Below, one piece after another: positions 35,790 through 46,414 of a stretch of DNA of 64,000 nt. The notes under the pieces were generated by a model. The model did not search any database, had not been told where the DNA came from, and worked only from the letters and a program-made list of their open reading frames with translations. The stretch lies in assembly GCA_964019425.1 (NCBI GenBank), contig OZ025784.1:1674001-1738000 (forward strand), in the 5' to 3' direction. Both the position numbers and the translations under genes were made by a program. Source of the stretch: Flectonema sp. DT1601. Its lineage: Eukaryota. How positions within the stretch are numbered: position 1 is the first letter of the stretch; each line of letters starts with the position of its first letter.

Positions 35790-36743
35790 ATGTTAATCAT
35801 TAAGGTCATCGTGTCGATTATTCTTATGATTGCCGTAGCGGTGATCCAATCCAAACCAGCACACTTCATTCATGAAGGATATGTTGGAGTTTACTGGAGA
35901 GGAGGAGCGCTCCTACCAGAGATTGCAGAAGCAGGAATTCGGTACATGATACCAGTTCTCGATACCATGGAACAGGTTCAAGTTAGTACTCAGACGGATT
36001 CAGTATCTCGTATTCCTTGCGGTACAAGTGGAGGAGTGATGGTAAACATAGAAAAGATTGAAGTAGTGAATCGCTTAAGAAAGAGTCACGTGTTGGCTAC
36101 TATCCGAAACTACGGAGTGCACTACGACAAGATTTGGATATTTGATAAAATCCATCATGAGATTAATCAGTTTTGCTCAAAGCACACCTTACACGAGGTT
36201 TACATCGAAAAATTTGATGCATTGGACGAAATGCTCGCCAGCAAGCTGCAGCAAGATTGCGATAAGTACGACATCGGTATTGATATTATTTCTATTAGAG
36301 TAACAAAGCCAACTGTTCCTCATTCAATTGCGAACACATTTGTCCAACTTGAGGAGTCAAAACAAAGTCTACTACTGAAGAGAGAACAACAGAATCTCAT
36401 TGAAGCGGAGTCTAAGATTGTTCTCCAGCGGGCAAGAGCTGAAGCTGAGAAACAAAAACAAGTAAGAAAGATTCAACTGGAAGTCGAGCTTTTGGAAGAG
36501 GAATCTAAAAAGTCTATTCAAGCAGTCAGGGATGCAATGAAGTCAAACAGCATGAAAGCGATGGCAGATGCTGAGGCTCACAGTATTCGGGTCATTGCTG
36601 AGGCTGAGAATAAGAGACTCTCGAAAGCAAAGCTCCAAGAGGTTCTCTACATGTCTATCTCAAACAATACGAAAATATTCTTCGGAGAGAGCATTCCAAA
36701 ATTTTGGGGAGGTCTCAACCAATTTATTGATGGAGAGAACTAA
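35790..36743 (+). CDS. ERLIN: Erlin (SPFH/band-7 ER protein)
   Basis: EGYVGVYWRGGALL, PCGTSGGVM, IFDKIHHEINQFCSKHTLHEVYI, RVTKP, NNTKIFFGESIP. Confidence 0.93.
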   Translation: MLIIKVIVSIILMIAVAVIQSKPAHFIHEGYVGVYWRGGALLPEIAEAGIRYMIPVLDTMEQVQVSTQTDSVSRIPCGTSGGVMVNIEKIEVVNRLRKSHVLATIRNYGVHYDKIWIFDKIHHEINQFCSKHTLHEVYIEKFDALDEMLASKLQQDCDKYDIGIDIISIRVTKPTVPHSIANTFVQLEESKQSLLLKREQQNLIEAESKIVLQRARAEAEKQKQVRKIQLEVELLEEESKKSIQAVRDAMKSNSMKAMADAEAHSIRVIAEAENKRLSKAKLQEVLYMSISNNTKIFFGESIPKFWGGLNQFIDGEN

Positions 36744-36970
36744 GTTTAGCATACACTTGAGTTAAACAAATAACCGAAACTTAACAATCGAAGTCGTAAT
36801 AATATCCTCACCACCACTAGCTCTCAGTTGATATTATGACGTCTTCCTGTCAGGTAAATCACAAATAAACCGTGTGTCATTTATCTTTAAGGATCTGAAA
36901 TAAATAAGAGAAAGTGTTCTGAGCTGAGAATTGATTTTGTAAGTGTGTCGGGAAATGTAGAGATTACCGA

Positions 36971-37414
36971 GCTCAAAGCACACCTTACACGAGGTTTACA
37001 TCGAAAAACTTGATGCATTGGACGAAATGCTCGCCAGCAAGCTGCAGCAAGATTGCGATAAGTACGACATCGGTATTGATATTATTTCTATTAGAGTAAC
37101 AAAGCCAACTGTTCCTCATTCAATTGCGAACACATTTGTCCAACAAAGTCTAATACTGAAGAGAGAACAACAGAATCTCATTGAAGCGGAGTCTAAGATT
37201 GTTCTCCAGCGGGCAAGAGCTGAAGCTGAGAAACAACAACAAGTAAGAAAGATTCAACTGGAAGTCCAGTTGATATTTCGACGTCTTCCTGTCAGGTAAA
37301 TCACAAATAAACCGTGTGTCATTTATCTTTAAGGATCTGAAATAAATAAGAGAAAGTGTTCTGAGCGGAAAATGAATTTTGTAAGTGTGTTGAAGAGGAA
37401 ATATAGAGATTACC
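36971..37414 (+). pseudogene. Internally deleted tandem duplicate of the erlin 3' half and downstream flank
   Basis: 36971-37266 copies erlin from 36175 with a 15-nt deletion (LEESK); 37267-37414 copies 36825-36968. Confidence 0.9.
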
Positions 37415-37529
37415 ATCGGTATTACATAACTCAGAACCACTCTAGCGTGATTCAGTGCTTTAGTGAAGTGTTTGTAAGTTAATAAATAATATTATATAAA
37501 TAGTGATTTTAAAAGTCAACCTACACAAC

Positions 37530-38689
37530 ATGGAAGTAATGGGAATAACGGAAGGCATTGAACAGATGAACTTACCAACCCCGTCAACTGGTCCTTCGAT
37601 GACACCGAATATGGATCCAACTGATATTGTTGATGGGATGGAGATGTCGATGTCGATGTTGTCTGAGGTTGCTGCAGAAGAAGATAACTCCGCTCTGACT
37701 TCGATCGTTGCTGAGACGTTGGTTTCAATTCAAAATGACACAATGAGCAGAGTTGTGCTGACAGAGTCCTGCGGTTGGACGAAGTCTCTTTGCATATCAA
37801 CTGCACTTCCGTTGCTGTGCCACACCAGAAACACCACCGAACTGATACTCGTCGATCTGCTCGACGAGTCGGTTGTCAAGGAGGCCTGCTCTGTGATTAT
37901 TAACACACCTACTATTCGATCATTTGTTCTCGTCAATTCTGGAACACACCCTGGCCTTAGTAAGAGTTCTGTTGAATGTATTTCATGTCTACTTTGTAGT
38001 ACTGACTTGAAAGAGTTGTCAATCATGAACTGTCTTCACATCGATACGCCTTTTGCAGTTCAACTCCTCGGATGTTCTCTGCCACACAGCAGGTCGTTAG
38101 TGCGATTGAATTTAGAAGCGAATGGTATTCAAGATTCTGACCTGCTGCCGTTTGCACAAGGACTTGCCTCTGCCAACCCACTGCTATCTCTCTGCCTTGA
38201 TAACAACAACCTTGGGTATCCTGGACTTGACATGCTGAGTGAAGTCATGTCCTTCAATGAACGTATTCAAGATATCTCCGTCAACGGTAACCTCATACGC
38301 TGCCCAACTGATGTTTGGGAGGGGTACTTTATTCAAGAGCAATGTCTCGTTAACAGGTTTGTTTTATTTATGATAAAATACCATTCTCATCCTAGTAAAA
38401 TAGTAAAAATCTATCAGAAACAACTACAAACAGGGAAGTATTTCGTCTTGGAAGTTACTCAGCTGCCAAACACTCACAGTGGCCATCTCTGTGGCGGAGG
38501 AAAATGAGAAAGTTGTGGAGGACGCAGTTGAGAATGAAGGAATCATATCGCCTGTCCATCAACGAGTGGGAGGGTGTACTCAGCTGGATGGATCCGAGAG
38601 GTTATGTCGAACAAAAAGTTAAGCTCTGGATGAAGCTGGAACCCCCACCAAGACATAATCAGCAGGAAGTCAATTGGAGACATCAATAA
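37530..38689 (+). CDS. RNI-like leucine-rich repeat protein (exons 37530-38356 and 38434-38689)
   Basis: LRR motifs LVRLNLEANGI, LLSLCLDNNNL, IQDISVNGNLI. A phase-2 77-nt intron GTTTGT...AAACAG joins the downstream ORF in frame. Confidence 0.72.
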
Positions 38690-39470
38690 TCCCCTCTTAT
38701 TTACAGACATGTTTAGATGATTCGTTTTGTACAAGTAGTACAGCGCTACCACTTTCACCCTTGAACCTAACTGAACCTACCACCCTATAGAAATAGAGTA
38801 GAACTTTCTTTTTCTTTTCCTATTCCCTGTTTTCCATTCCCTCTCGCTTTGGTAATTATGCGAACACGTTGGTAGTGAACCTTGTAAGGGTAGTCACAGC
38901 TGATTACTTGATACTTATTGAAGTTATCACAACAGAGGTTAATTCTAACACCCTCCCTTCCTCTCCCAATATGTAGTAAAATAATATAACCCACTTCCCC
39001 TTCCCTTTCTCTTGTCGTTTTAGAAGTTATTCTAGATTTATATTGTATCTGTCTTCTTAGTATTCCTTTCACTACAGTAAACAATTTATTAGTCTCTTTG
39101 CTCGCTAAAATTACAGAGCTGTTCGTTCAACCAAACAATACGCCTTGCATGTCGGAAAGGCTTTGCCGCTGACTTTAGGTTATTAATTTGTTTTTTGTTT
39201 TGTTCGTTTGTTTGTTTGCAATTATTTTTTCTTCTTTTGTTATCAGAAAGGACATGTCACACGTGAGTGGAGGAAGTGGAGAGGAGTAAGTTAAGTGGGA
39301 AATGGTACCACTTGCCATGGGGAGGGTAGTGTTTGCTTTTGTAACTTTTGTATTTTGTGTATTTTTCATTTTTCGTAAACGGGAGCTGAACTTATGATGA
39401 GGTGAGCAGAAGCTTCACTAAACCTTCTGGTGTGTGTGTTGTGTGTTAGCAAACAAAGCCTCACCCAAAC

Positions 39471-39833
39471 ATGGATGAACAAAGAAGCGACTTTGCGGGT
39501 TTAGCGGGGGATGAAAAGCTGGGATTGGAGATCCGCAAATTGCAGCAGGAGCTGGCGAAATTGAAGTTTACAATACGCACAAAAGAGAGGGACTCGGATG
39601 AACGTGTAAAAGCTGAGATCCGCAAGGAAATTTCTTTGTTGAAACCGACATCGCCAAAGCTGAGAATCAGAAAAATATCTGGAAATTGGAGGAAGAGGAG
39701 ATAAAGGTCATGTTAGGAAAAGGTAATTATTTTGGTATCACTAAAGAAGAGAGGAGTGTCCGCCTGAGTCGGCTGGAAACTACAATCGCCGATGCTAAAG
39801 CTGAGAAAACACGACGCGCTCGTTGGATCACAA
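39471..39833 (+). pseudogene. Frameshifted coiled-coil first exon; rest of gene absent, replaced by repeat elements
   Basis: Two overlapping K/E-rich ORFs, then a donor-like GTATGCTTTTTACTTTTTTG at 39834 that resembles the donor at 46694. Confidence 0.4.
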
Positions 39834-39960
39834 GTATGCTTTTTACTTTTTTGCATTGGGGAAAAGGGGTAGGGGGACTCGGAAAGGTGGTGTGACAAAG
39901 TGAACCGCCATTGTTTTATATGTCAGGTTTATGACTCTAACAACATTAATAAGATACCGA

Positions 39961-39992
39961 AAACCCGCAAACCCGCAAACCCGCAAACCCGC
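39961..39992. repeat. (AAACCCGC)4
   Basis: Direct reading. Confidence 0.95.
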
Positions 39993-39993
39993 A

Positions 39994-41082
39994 CTAGAGA
40001 TACCCCTTCCAGGCTCGCGTTGCTCGCACACAATTTTGTACCCTTTTCCTTGCTATTTTCTTCTTACTAATTTTTCTGGTTGAAAAACACAAAAAATGTG
40101 CCTGGGAATTGAACCCTTGCCACGGCTACCGAAGAGATTTAGGGTATCCACTCGGCTGTGCAGCCCTGGGATTTTCTTTTTTTTTTTTATTTATTTATTT
40201 GTGTGTTCTTAGCCTCTTTATGGAAATCCTTCCATTTTCCCCCCTCCAGTCTTAACGTAGGAGAGTCTACCAGGTGCCTACCCTGGACGCCCTTCGGGTG
40301 CGGGATTTGAACCAATTGCGTGTACGGACGCGATGGGTTATTGCAGTGGCAGGGGATCGAACCAGCGATCACCCAGCCCTAGGGCGAGAGTTATACCACT
40401 ACCCGGGATATCGCAATTTTTTATTATTATTACTTTTCTGCAATTTTTATTTATAAAAATTGCAGAAAAGTAGGCACGAAAACGACGGCTAGGTTTATGA
40501 TGGTTGGATATGTGGCTTAGGTTATCTGTTTGTTACATTTGGGAATATTTTATAAACCATTCACAACAGGTTTATCGAACCTGTATCTGCAATGTGTGCG
40601 ACCCTGGGATGGAAATACAGGAATTTAGTTATATTAATAAGGTTATCGTTCATTATTTCCAATAAAATAGAAATGTGAGAAGGACTATGGGATGGCGGAA
40701 CGCAAGCCCCCCCCCAACCCCCAAACTCGATTCCGTACTGCACTGAATGACAACACGGAAAAAGAGATGTGTATGCAGCTAAGTTAGAAACATTTATTGT
40801 AATGTAAAGTATTTACGTCAATCGCAGAGTGTATACCTACACTAACATTACCTTTAGTCACTGTATCTCAGAACTAATGTTAAATTATCGTTATGTTTAT
40901 GATACAAAACATTTGTATTTTACGTACAAACTCGAACAGTTAACCCCCCCAAGGGTGGGGAGCCACTAATAAAAGCCAACCTCCTGAAAAAGAATCAAGA
41001 AAAAACAAAAATGCCCTCACCCAGGGTCGAACTGGACGGTTTACAGCCATTTTGGGTTTTGTAATGAATGGTTAGTTCTGAA
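39994..41082 (-). mobile_element. Helitron-like element copy A (rearranged, 5'-truncated)
   Basis: Same CTAG end as the other copies; two internal deletions, a fold-back at 40431-40472 and an insert at about 40725-40940. Confidence 0.7.
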
Positions 41083-41083
41083 G

Positions 41084-41104
41084 CCCGCAAACCCGCAAAC
41101 CCGC
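41084..41104. repeat. Short AAACCCGC array (about 2.6 units) between copies A and B
   Basis: Direct reading. Confidence 0.9.
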
Positions 41105-41105
41105 A

Positions 41106-42263
41106 CTAGAGATACCCCTTCCAGGCTCGCGTTGCTCGCACAATTTTAAGCTTTCTGAACAAACATTATTTTACAACCAAGTCACGTCTGTTTTTATTCC
41201 CTGGCTAGGTACCCGTCCAGGGTACAAATTTGAACTTAACTTTACGCTCGCTTCGCTCGCGTTAAGTTAAGTCCAATTTTGTACCCTTTTCCTTGCTACT
41301 TTCTTCTTACTAATTTTTCTGGTTGAAAAACACAAAAAATGTGCCTGGGAATTGAACCCTTGCCACGGCTACCGAAGAGATTTAAGGTATCCACTCGGCT
41401 GTGCAGCCCTGGGATTTTCTTTTTTTTTTTTATTTATTTATTTGTGTGTTCTTAGCCTCTTTATGGAAATCCTTCCATTTTCCCTTCCCTCCAGTCTTAA
41501 CGTAGGAGAGTCTACCAGGTGCCTACCCTGGACGCCCTTCGGGCGCGGGATTTGAACTAATTGCGTGTACGGGCGCGATGGGTTATTGCAGTGGCAGGGG
41601 ATCGAACCAGCGATCACCCAGCCCCAGGGCAAGGGTTATACCACTACCCCTGGGATATCGCAAGTTTTTATTATTATTACTTTTCTGCAATTTTTATTTA
41701 TAAATAAGTTTTCGAAAAGGTGGGAGCTTTTGGCTCCTGCCCTATTCCCGATGTAAACTTTCTTTTTTTTTTTTTTTTTTTTTTTAACAGGCCCAAAGGG
41801 CGACAATGAAAGATGCTGACCAAGGAATAATATTCAAATGAATTTTCGTTTCAAAGAAACGAACAGGATTAAGGGGGAGGCAGAAAAAAAATAATATGAA
41901 GAGGAAATAATCAAACATGAAAAGAAAAAATAAAATAAAAATAAATAAACGTTATATATAAGCAATTTCTTTTTTTTTTCGCAATTTTTTATTTATTTTT
42001 ACTTTTCTGTCCCAACGGGACGACAAATGAAAAATGTCCTCCCTTAGCTGAAAATGCACACTGCACCCTGTTTATCAAGTCCTTTGTTTTTGTTTTTCTG
42101 AAAGATATCTGTAGTTGTTGTTATATTAATGCTAGCACGAAAACGACGGCTAGGTTTATGATGATTGGATATGTGGCTTAGGTTATCTGTTTGTTACATT
42201 TGGAAGTATTTTACAACAGGTTTATCGAACCTGTATCTGCAATGTGTGCGACCCTGGGATGGA
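41106..42263 (-). mobile_element. Helitron-like element copy B (5'-truncated)
   Basis: Near-identical to 56236-57445; stops at ACCCTGGGATGGA, where unique coding sequence begins. Confidence 0.75.
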
Positions 42264-42977
42264 CAGTCTTCGTGTAGTGGCCCGCATTCTATTCTTTCTA
42301 ATAAGTTTCCCATCGGAAAATACAGCGGAGTGTTGCTTCCGTTTCTCCACAGCAACTTCTCTCAAGCGCTTGTCGGAAGGCATGCTGCTCAGCACATCAA
42401 ACTCGCTCTGAACTTTTTGTTGATATTCTCACGTTCGGATTCAATGAAGATTGGGTTTAATTCTCTCGCTGCTGGTGCCAGTGTGAATCATTTACACTTC
42501 CAATTCTGGTCAATTCCTATCAAGTTACCTGTCGAATTGGCGAAATGTGAAAGGATTTGGAATAATAAAGGTGTCTTTTTTTTTCGTTCCTACCATCTCA
42601 TACCTTCCTTCGTCCTGAGGTTTGCACCTTCACTTGTAAGTCACGCTGCTTCTTTAATCTCTCCAGTTGTTAGTTGGCTGACGAATAATAACATTCCTTT
42701 TAATTTATTAATGGCCCAGGATTTCGATGTCCCAACCAGTCGATCAATTGGATTGTATTTGATGCCGCGACAACCAACTTCATCGTCGTCAATGATTGCG
42801 TCTGTACTTCCGCCTGGGTTTCCGGAAATATCTGGTCTTGTTATCGCTACTGACAGTGAGACATTTGAACAACTGAGTAGTGAACTTGTCATCAGCCACT
42901 ACAAGGCAGAGCTTGCCCAGCCAAAGGAAGTGTTGCGGAGCATTTTTAAAGAATTTGACAAAGTGCGGACTTTCTGA
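42264..42977 (+). pseudogene. 5'-truncated GDP-D-glucose / GDP-L-galactose phosphorylase (GDPGP1/VTC2 family)
   Basis: ILSNKFPI..GVLLP, IGFNSLAAGASVNHLHFQ (HIT HxHxQ), NIPFNLL, PEISG. The N-terminal third is missing; the first 33 codons of the ORF-track call are element sequence. Confidence 0.75.
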
Positions 42978-43404
42978 GGTTAACATTTGGGATCCTCGCT
43001 GGGCCTCAGATATTTAATGGCGCACTTCGTATTTGTTTCATTTTTCGTTCCGCCAATCCGTGAAGGAACTACATCAATATTCAGACACCAGTGAAGGAGT
43101 CCCTGGAATCAGGTCTGCTTTGGGCTGGAAAGCTAGATCACTTTTTTATTCACCCCCAGTAAGTACTCAAATAATGCAGCTTTTTGTGACCTACCCGCAC
43201 CACTGTGTTAGCTACTGCTGTTACTGATTCCCTTGTGAGAGACGTTCTAGCGACTGGTGGGATGTTGATCCGAAGCTGAACTCTCGTTCACTGGTGATGC
43301 CTTTGTACGATTTCTCTTCACGTTCAACCAGCTTGGGGTGACTGCGGCATAGTTTAGTTTATGGCAGATGTAACTTTATCTTTATTTTTCAGATTTCAAC
43401 AGCC

Positions 43405-45003
43405 ATGCACACAATGAAGAGTACGTTGATTTACGCAGCCGCAGCATTCACTCTGACTAGTGCAACGTTTTCAGAAATATCCAGCACCACATTTGTTGGA
43501 GAAGGAAAACAAATTTTCGGATCAACGTACTCAATTGGTCAAGTAAAGCACACGAGTGTTATATCCGCAGGGACTGGAGGGAATGTGGTAGTAGAGGCTG
43601 TGTTTCCATCACAGAATCCAGTGACAAAAGACTTGTCGTTGGTTATGACTCACGGAGCAACTGAGATATTTGATCATTATCAGAAGGGAATCTTTAGTTT
43701 TGCCTGTCAAGGTGCCGCAGGTGTGCAAGCACACGTGAGAAACCCCCCGTCAATCAGGACCAGTGGACACTACCAAATGCCTGCTGGTCAAGAGTGCCGG
43801 TCAATTTTCTTATCTTACGCAATGATGAGTGGAATTAGACAAGCGATACTCTACATGGGTGGAACCCACTTCTCGTGTATTCAGTGGTCGAGTCTGAGCC
43901 AACCTATTTTTCAGGGAGACGTGTTCCTTAACGGCAGGGTAGCTCAAAAGGTTGTATCTCTGCATCTTGACTACTCTTTTGTATCCTGTGGAACAGACGG
44001 TCTTGTTGTTATTTCACACTCTGATGTCAGTAATCCAACCATTGTTAGTGAGTTGGGTCCATCTCAAGGATTGAATTGTGACTTCAGAGACATAATTGTT
44101 AAAGACGACCGACTGATCATAGCAAACGGAGCTCACGGAATTAGGATTTACGATATAACTAACCCGTCTACACCGGTACTTGTTGGTGACTATGCAGGTT
44201 TTCATCACGCACCGATCACTTCGGTATTAGTTCCGGCCAGACCAAATGACATTTCTAATTACCGTCTTGTCGCTGCAGCACCAGGAGATAGATTATACAT
44301 AATGGATTACAACACACTTGCGATTATTGAAGACGATGTGCAATTCTCTGATGTTGAAAAACTTGCGTCCAACAACGCTCAGACAAATAGCAACTTTCCA
44401 TCTCACAATGGTCGTCTTCGCTTCTCTGCTATCGGTGGAAATACTTTCAAGAACATCCTGTGGGATAATACCGTTATTGTTCCTCCAGTACCTGCAGGTT
44501 GTGATCCTGTTAAGGTATCTGGTGTTGTTGTATCTGGTCAGGTGGCAGGCAAGACCATGCCTTTGAATGGCGGAGTTACTCTCGAAGAAATCCCAAACTT
44601 TCTTGTTGGTTCAGAGCTTTATGCCCCAACTCTACCTGTTGCTTCTTCTACTGATATTGTATTAGAATGCTGTGGGAGTTCTACGTGTGAATTCTTCATC
44701 ACTGTATTCAGATGTGCTCATTGTCCATCATCAACATCTGACCTCCCAGGTATTCTGTTGTCTGGATTGTGGGAAGCTGGATCTTGTTCACCAAAGTTTA
44801 GTGTGAACTCTGGAACTGAATTATTTGGAATGGTCTCTTTTCACAAACAGCTTCAACCTGGTGAAGTACTTCCTCTTCCACCAACTGCTTTGGATACTCG
44901 TTTCATGGCCATCTTCAAACTTGATTCGGTAACTCAACCATGGTGTCCTGCAGCTGGTACTTCATTTGTTGGTGCTCAGCCGCCATGCACCTGTCCGCAG
45001 TAA
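43405..45003 (+). CDS. Secreted protein with LVIVD-type beta-propeller repeats and a Cys-containing C-terminal domain
   Basis: Signal peptide; GLVVISHSDVSNPTIV and LIIANGAHGIRIYDITNPSTPVLVG repeats; PPVP linker; ends PPCTCPQ. Confidence 0.8.
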   Translation: MHTMKSTLIYAAAAFTLTSATFSEISSTTFVGEGKQIFGSTYSIGQVKHTSVISAGTGGNVVVEAVFPSQNPVTKDLSLVMTHGATEIFDHYQKGIFSFACQGAAGVQAHVRNPPSIRTSGHYQMPAGQECRSIFLSYAMMSGIRQAILYMGGTHFSCIQWSSLSQPIFQGDVFLNGRVAQKVVSLHLDYSFVSCGTDGLVVISHSDVSNPTIVSELGPSQGLNCDFRDIIVKDDRLIIANGAHGIRIYDITNPSTPVLVGDYAGFHHAPITSVLVPARPNDISNYRLVAAAPGDRLYIMDYNTLAIIEDDVQFSDVEKLASNNAQTNSNFPSHNGRLRFSAIGGNTFKNILWDNTVIVPPVPAGCDPVKVSGVVVSGQVAGKTMPLNGGVTLEEIPNFLVGSELYAPTLPVASSTDIVLECCGSSTCEFFITVFRCAHCPSSTSDLPGILLSGLWEAGSCSPKFSVNSGTELFGMVSFHKQLQPGEVLPLPPTALDTRFMAIFKLDSVTQPWCPAAGTSFVGAQPPCTCPQ

Positions 45004-46414
45004 GCATGAATCATTTTGAAATAGCTTTTGTTATTTTCTTAGTTTTAGAAGAATAACATGATTTCAATTAGAATTATATCCGATCTGGTGTTTTGGAATT
45101 TTGAAAAAAATCCTCAAATTCACCTTTTTTTGTTGCCTTTTTCATCACCCCCTTTGCCTTCCGCAGCAATCTTGTCAGTTGTCTGTGCATAACGCTGCGC
45201 CAAGGAGGGAGGCTTTTCATTTTATTTTTTTTAAATTAAATTTTAACCACTACTAAAACACAGTTGACAGCAGATAGTGATCGTTGGGATTCTGTTGTCA
45301 AACAGACAAAGTAAACTTCACCAGCTGCCGTCTTTTCCTCAACAGTGAAAAAGACAAAGTTTGTAGAAAATTTTATTGTCTGTGCCAGTTTTTAAATCTG
45401 TCCTCACCGTTTTATATAAATGGTGCTCACTGTGAGTATCATATTTGAGTTGTTGTTCTTTTACTTTTTTTACATTCAAGTTATTCTACGATATTATTCC
45501 TTACTTGGCCTATTCCATCGTCAGTCATTGCCCCCGCGTCATAGAACACCGGGTAGCCTGTCGTATGTGGTTGTATCTGAGAAAGGGATTTTTCAAGGAG
45601 TACAAATTCCTTAGTTTTTCTTCCTCTCTTCTGGTAGCAATGCAAAATTTCTTTTTGCTTCTTTAGCTATTGCAGTTGCAACACTGACCTCAAAACAGTA
45701 GTGTTAGTTAGTTACAACACACAGTTAACATTATTTCAAATGCAGACATCAGTAATGGGAAAATATTGTTATCGCTCGAAAAGTATGATAAGCAGAAATC
45801 GTGTTAGAGGGGAAGACATTATAGAAACTCTTAATACATTCTAGTCTCTCGCGTGGTTAACCCAAGGCTTCAGGGGCCTCTGTCCAGTTAAAGTCACAAA
45901 CTTTCATGTCGGTTTTCAGTCACTGCTGGTGTTAAGATAAGTGCTGCTACAGGGCGCTCAACCTGTAGTACGTGGCCCCCGAATCCCCATATTCGACAGC
46001 ACATATGGGATTTTTTATCGATAGCAACTGTTGATTTCTTATATTGCAACCTGGTTTGGCCGAACCCTATTCTCGTTTTTGCCAGTTTCAAGTTGCTTTC
46101 TATTTTATATTAGTATCAAGTTACCCCCAACACAGCTCTTATCGCTAAGCAAGTAGTAAAATGGCTAGCAGAGTGAACTCGAAGAACGAGGAGTCCCATG
46201 GGAAGGTGAATGACCATGTGCTGCATGCCAGAAGAAAGGGTGATGGTGTACGATCGCAAGGTCCAATGCCAAGGACAGACACTACAACTATGCAGACGGT
46301 GTTTAGATGCTTGCTGGAGTTGCCTATTAGTGATCTTGCTTATGTCATTTATCATTTCTTCCACAGAAAACAATCCCATCCCTCCCCAAAACAACAACAA
46401 CACCACAAAAACAA

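Noticed and set aside
133..38026. Antisense and alternate-frame ORFs overlapping the main genes
   Set aside because: Shadow ORFs of well-supported + strand genes with no independent motifs.
39945..42275. Target-site duplication around copies A and B
   Set aside because: The flanks (TAAGATACCGA and CAGTCTTCG) share no direct repeat.
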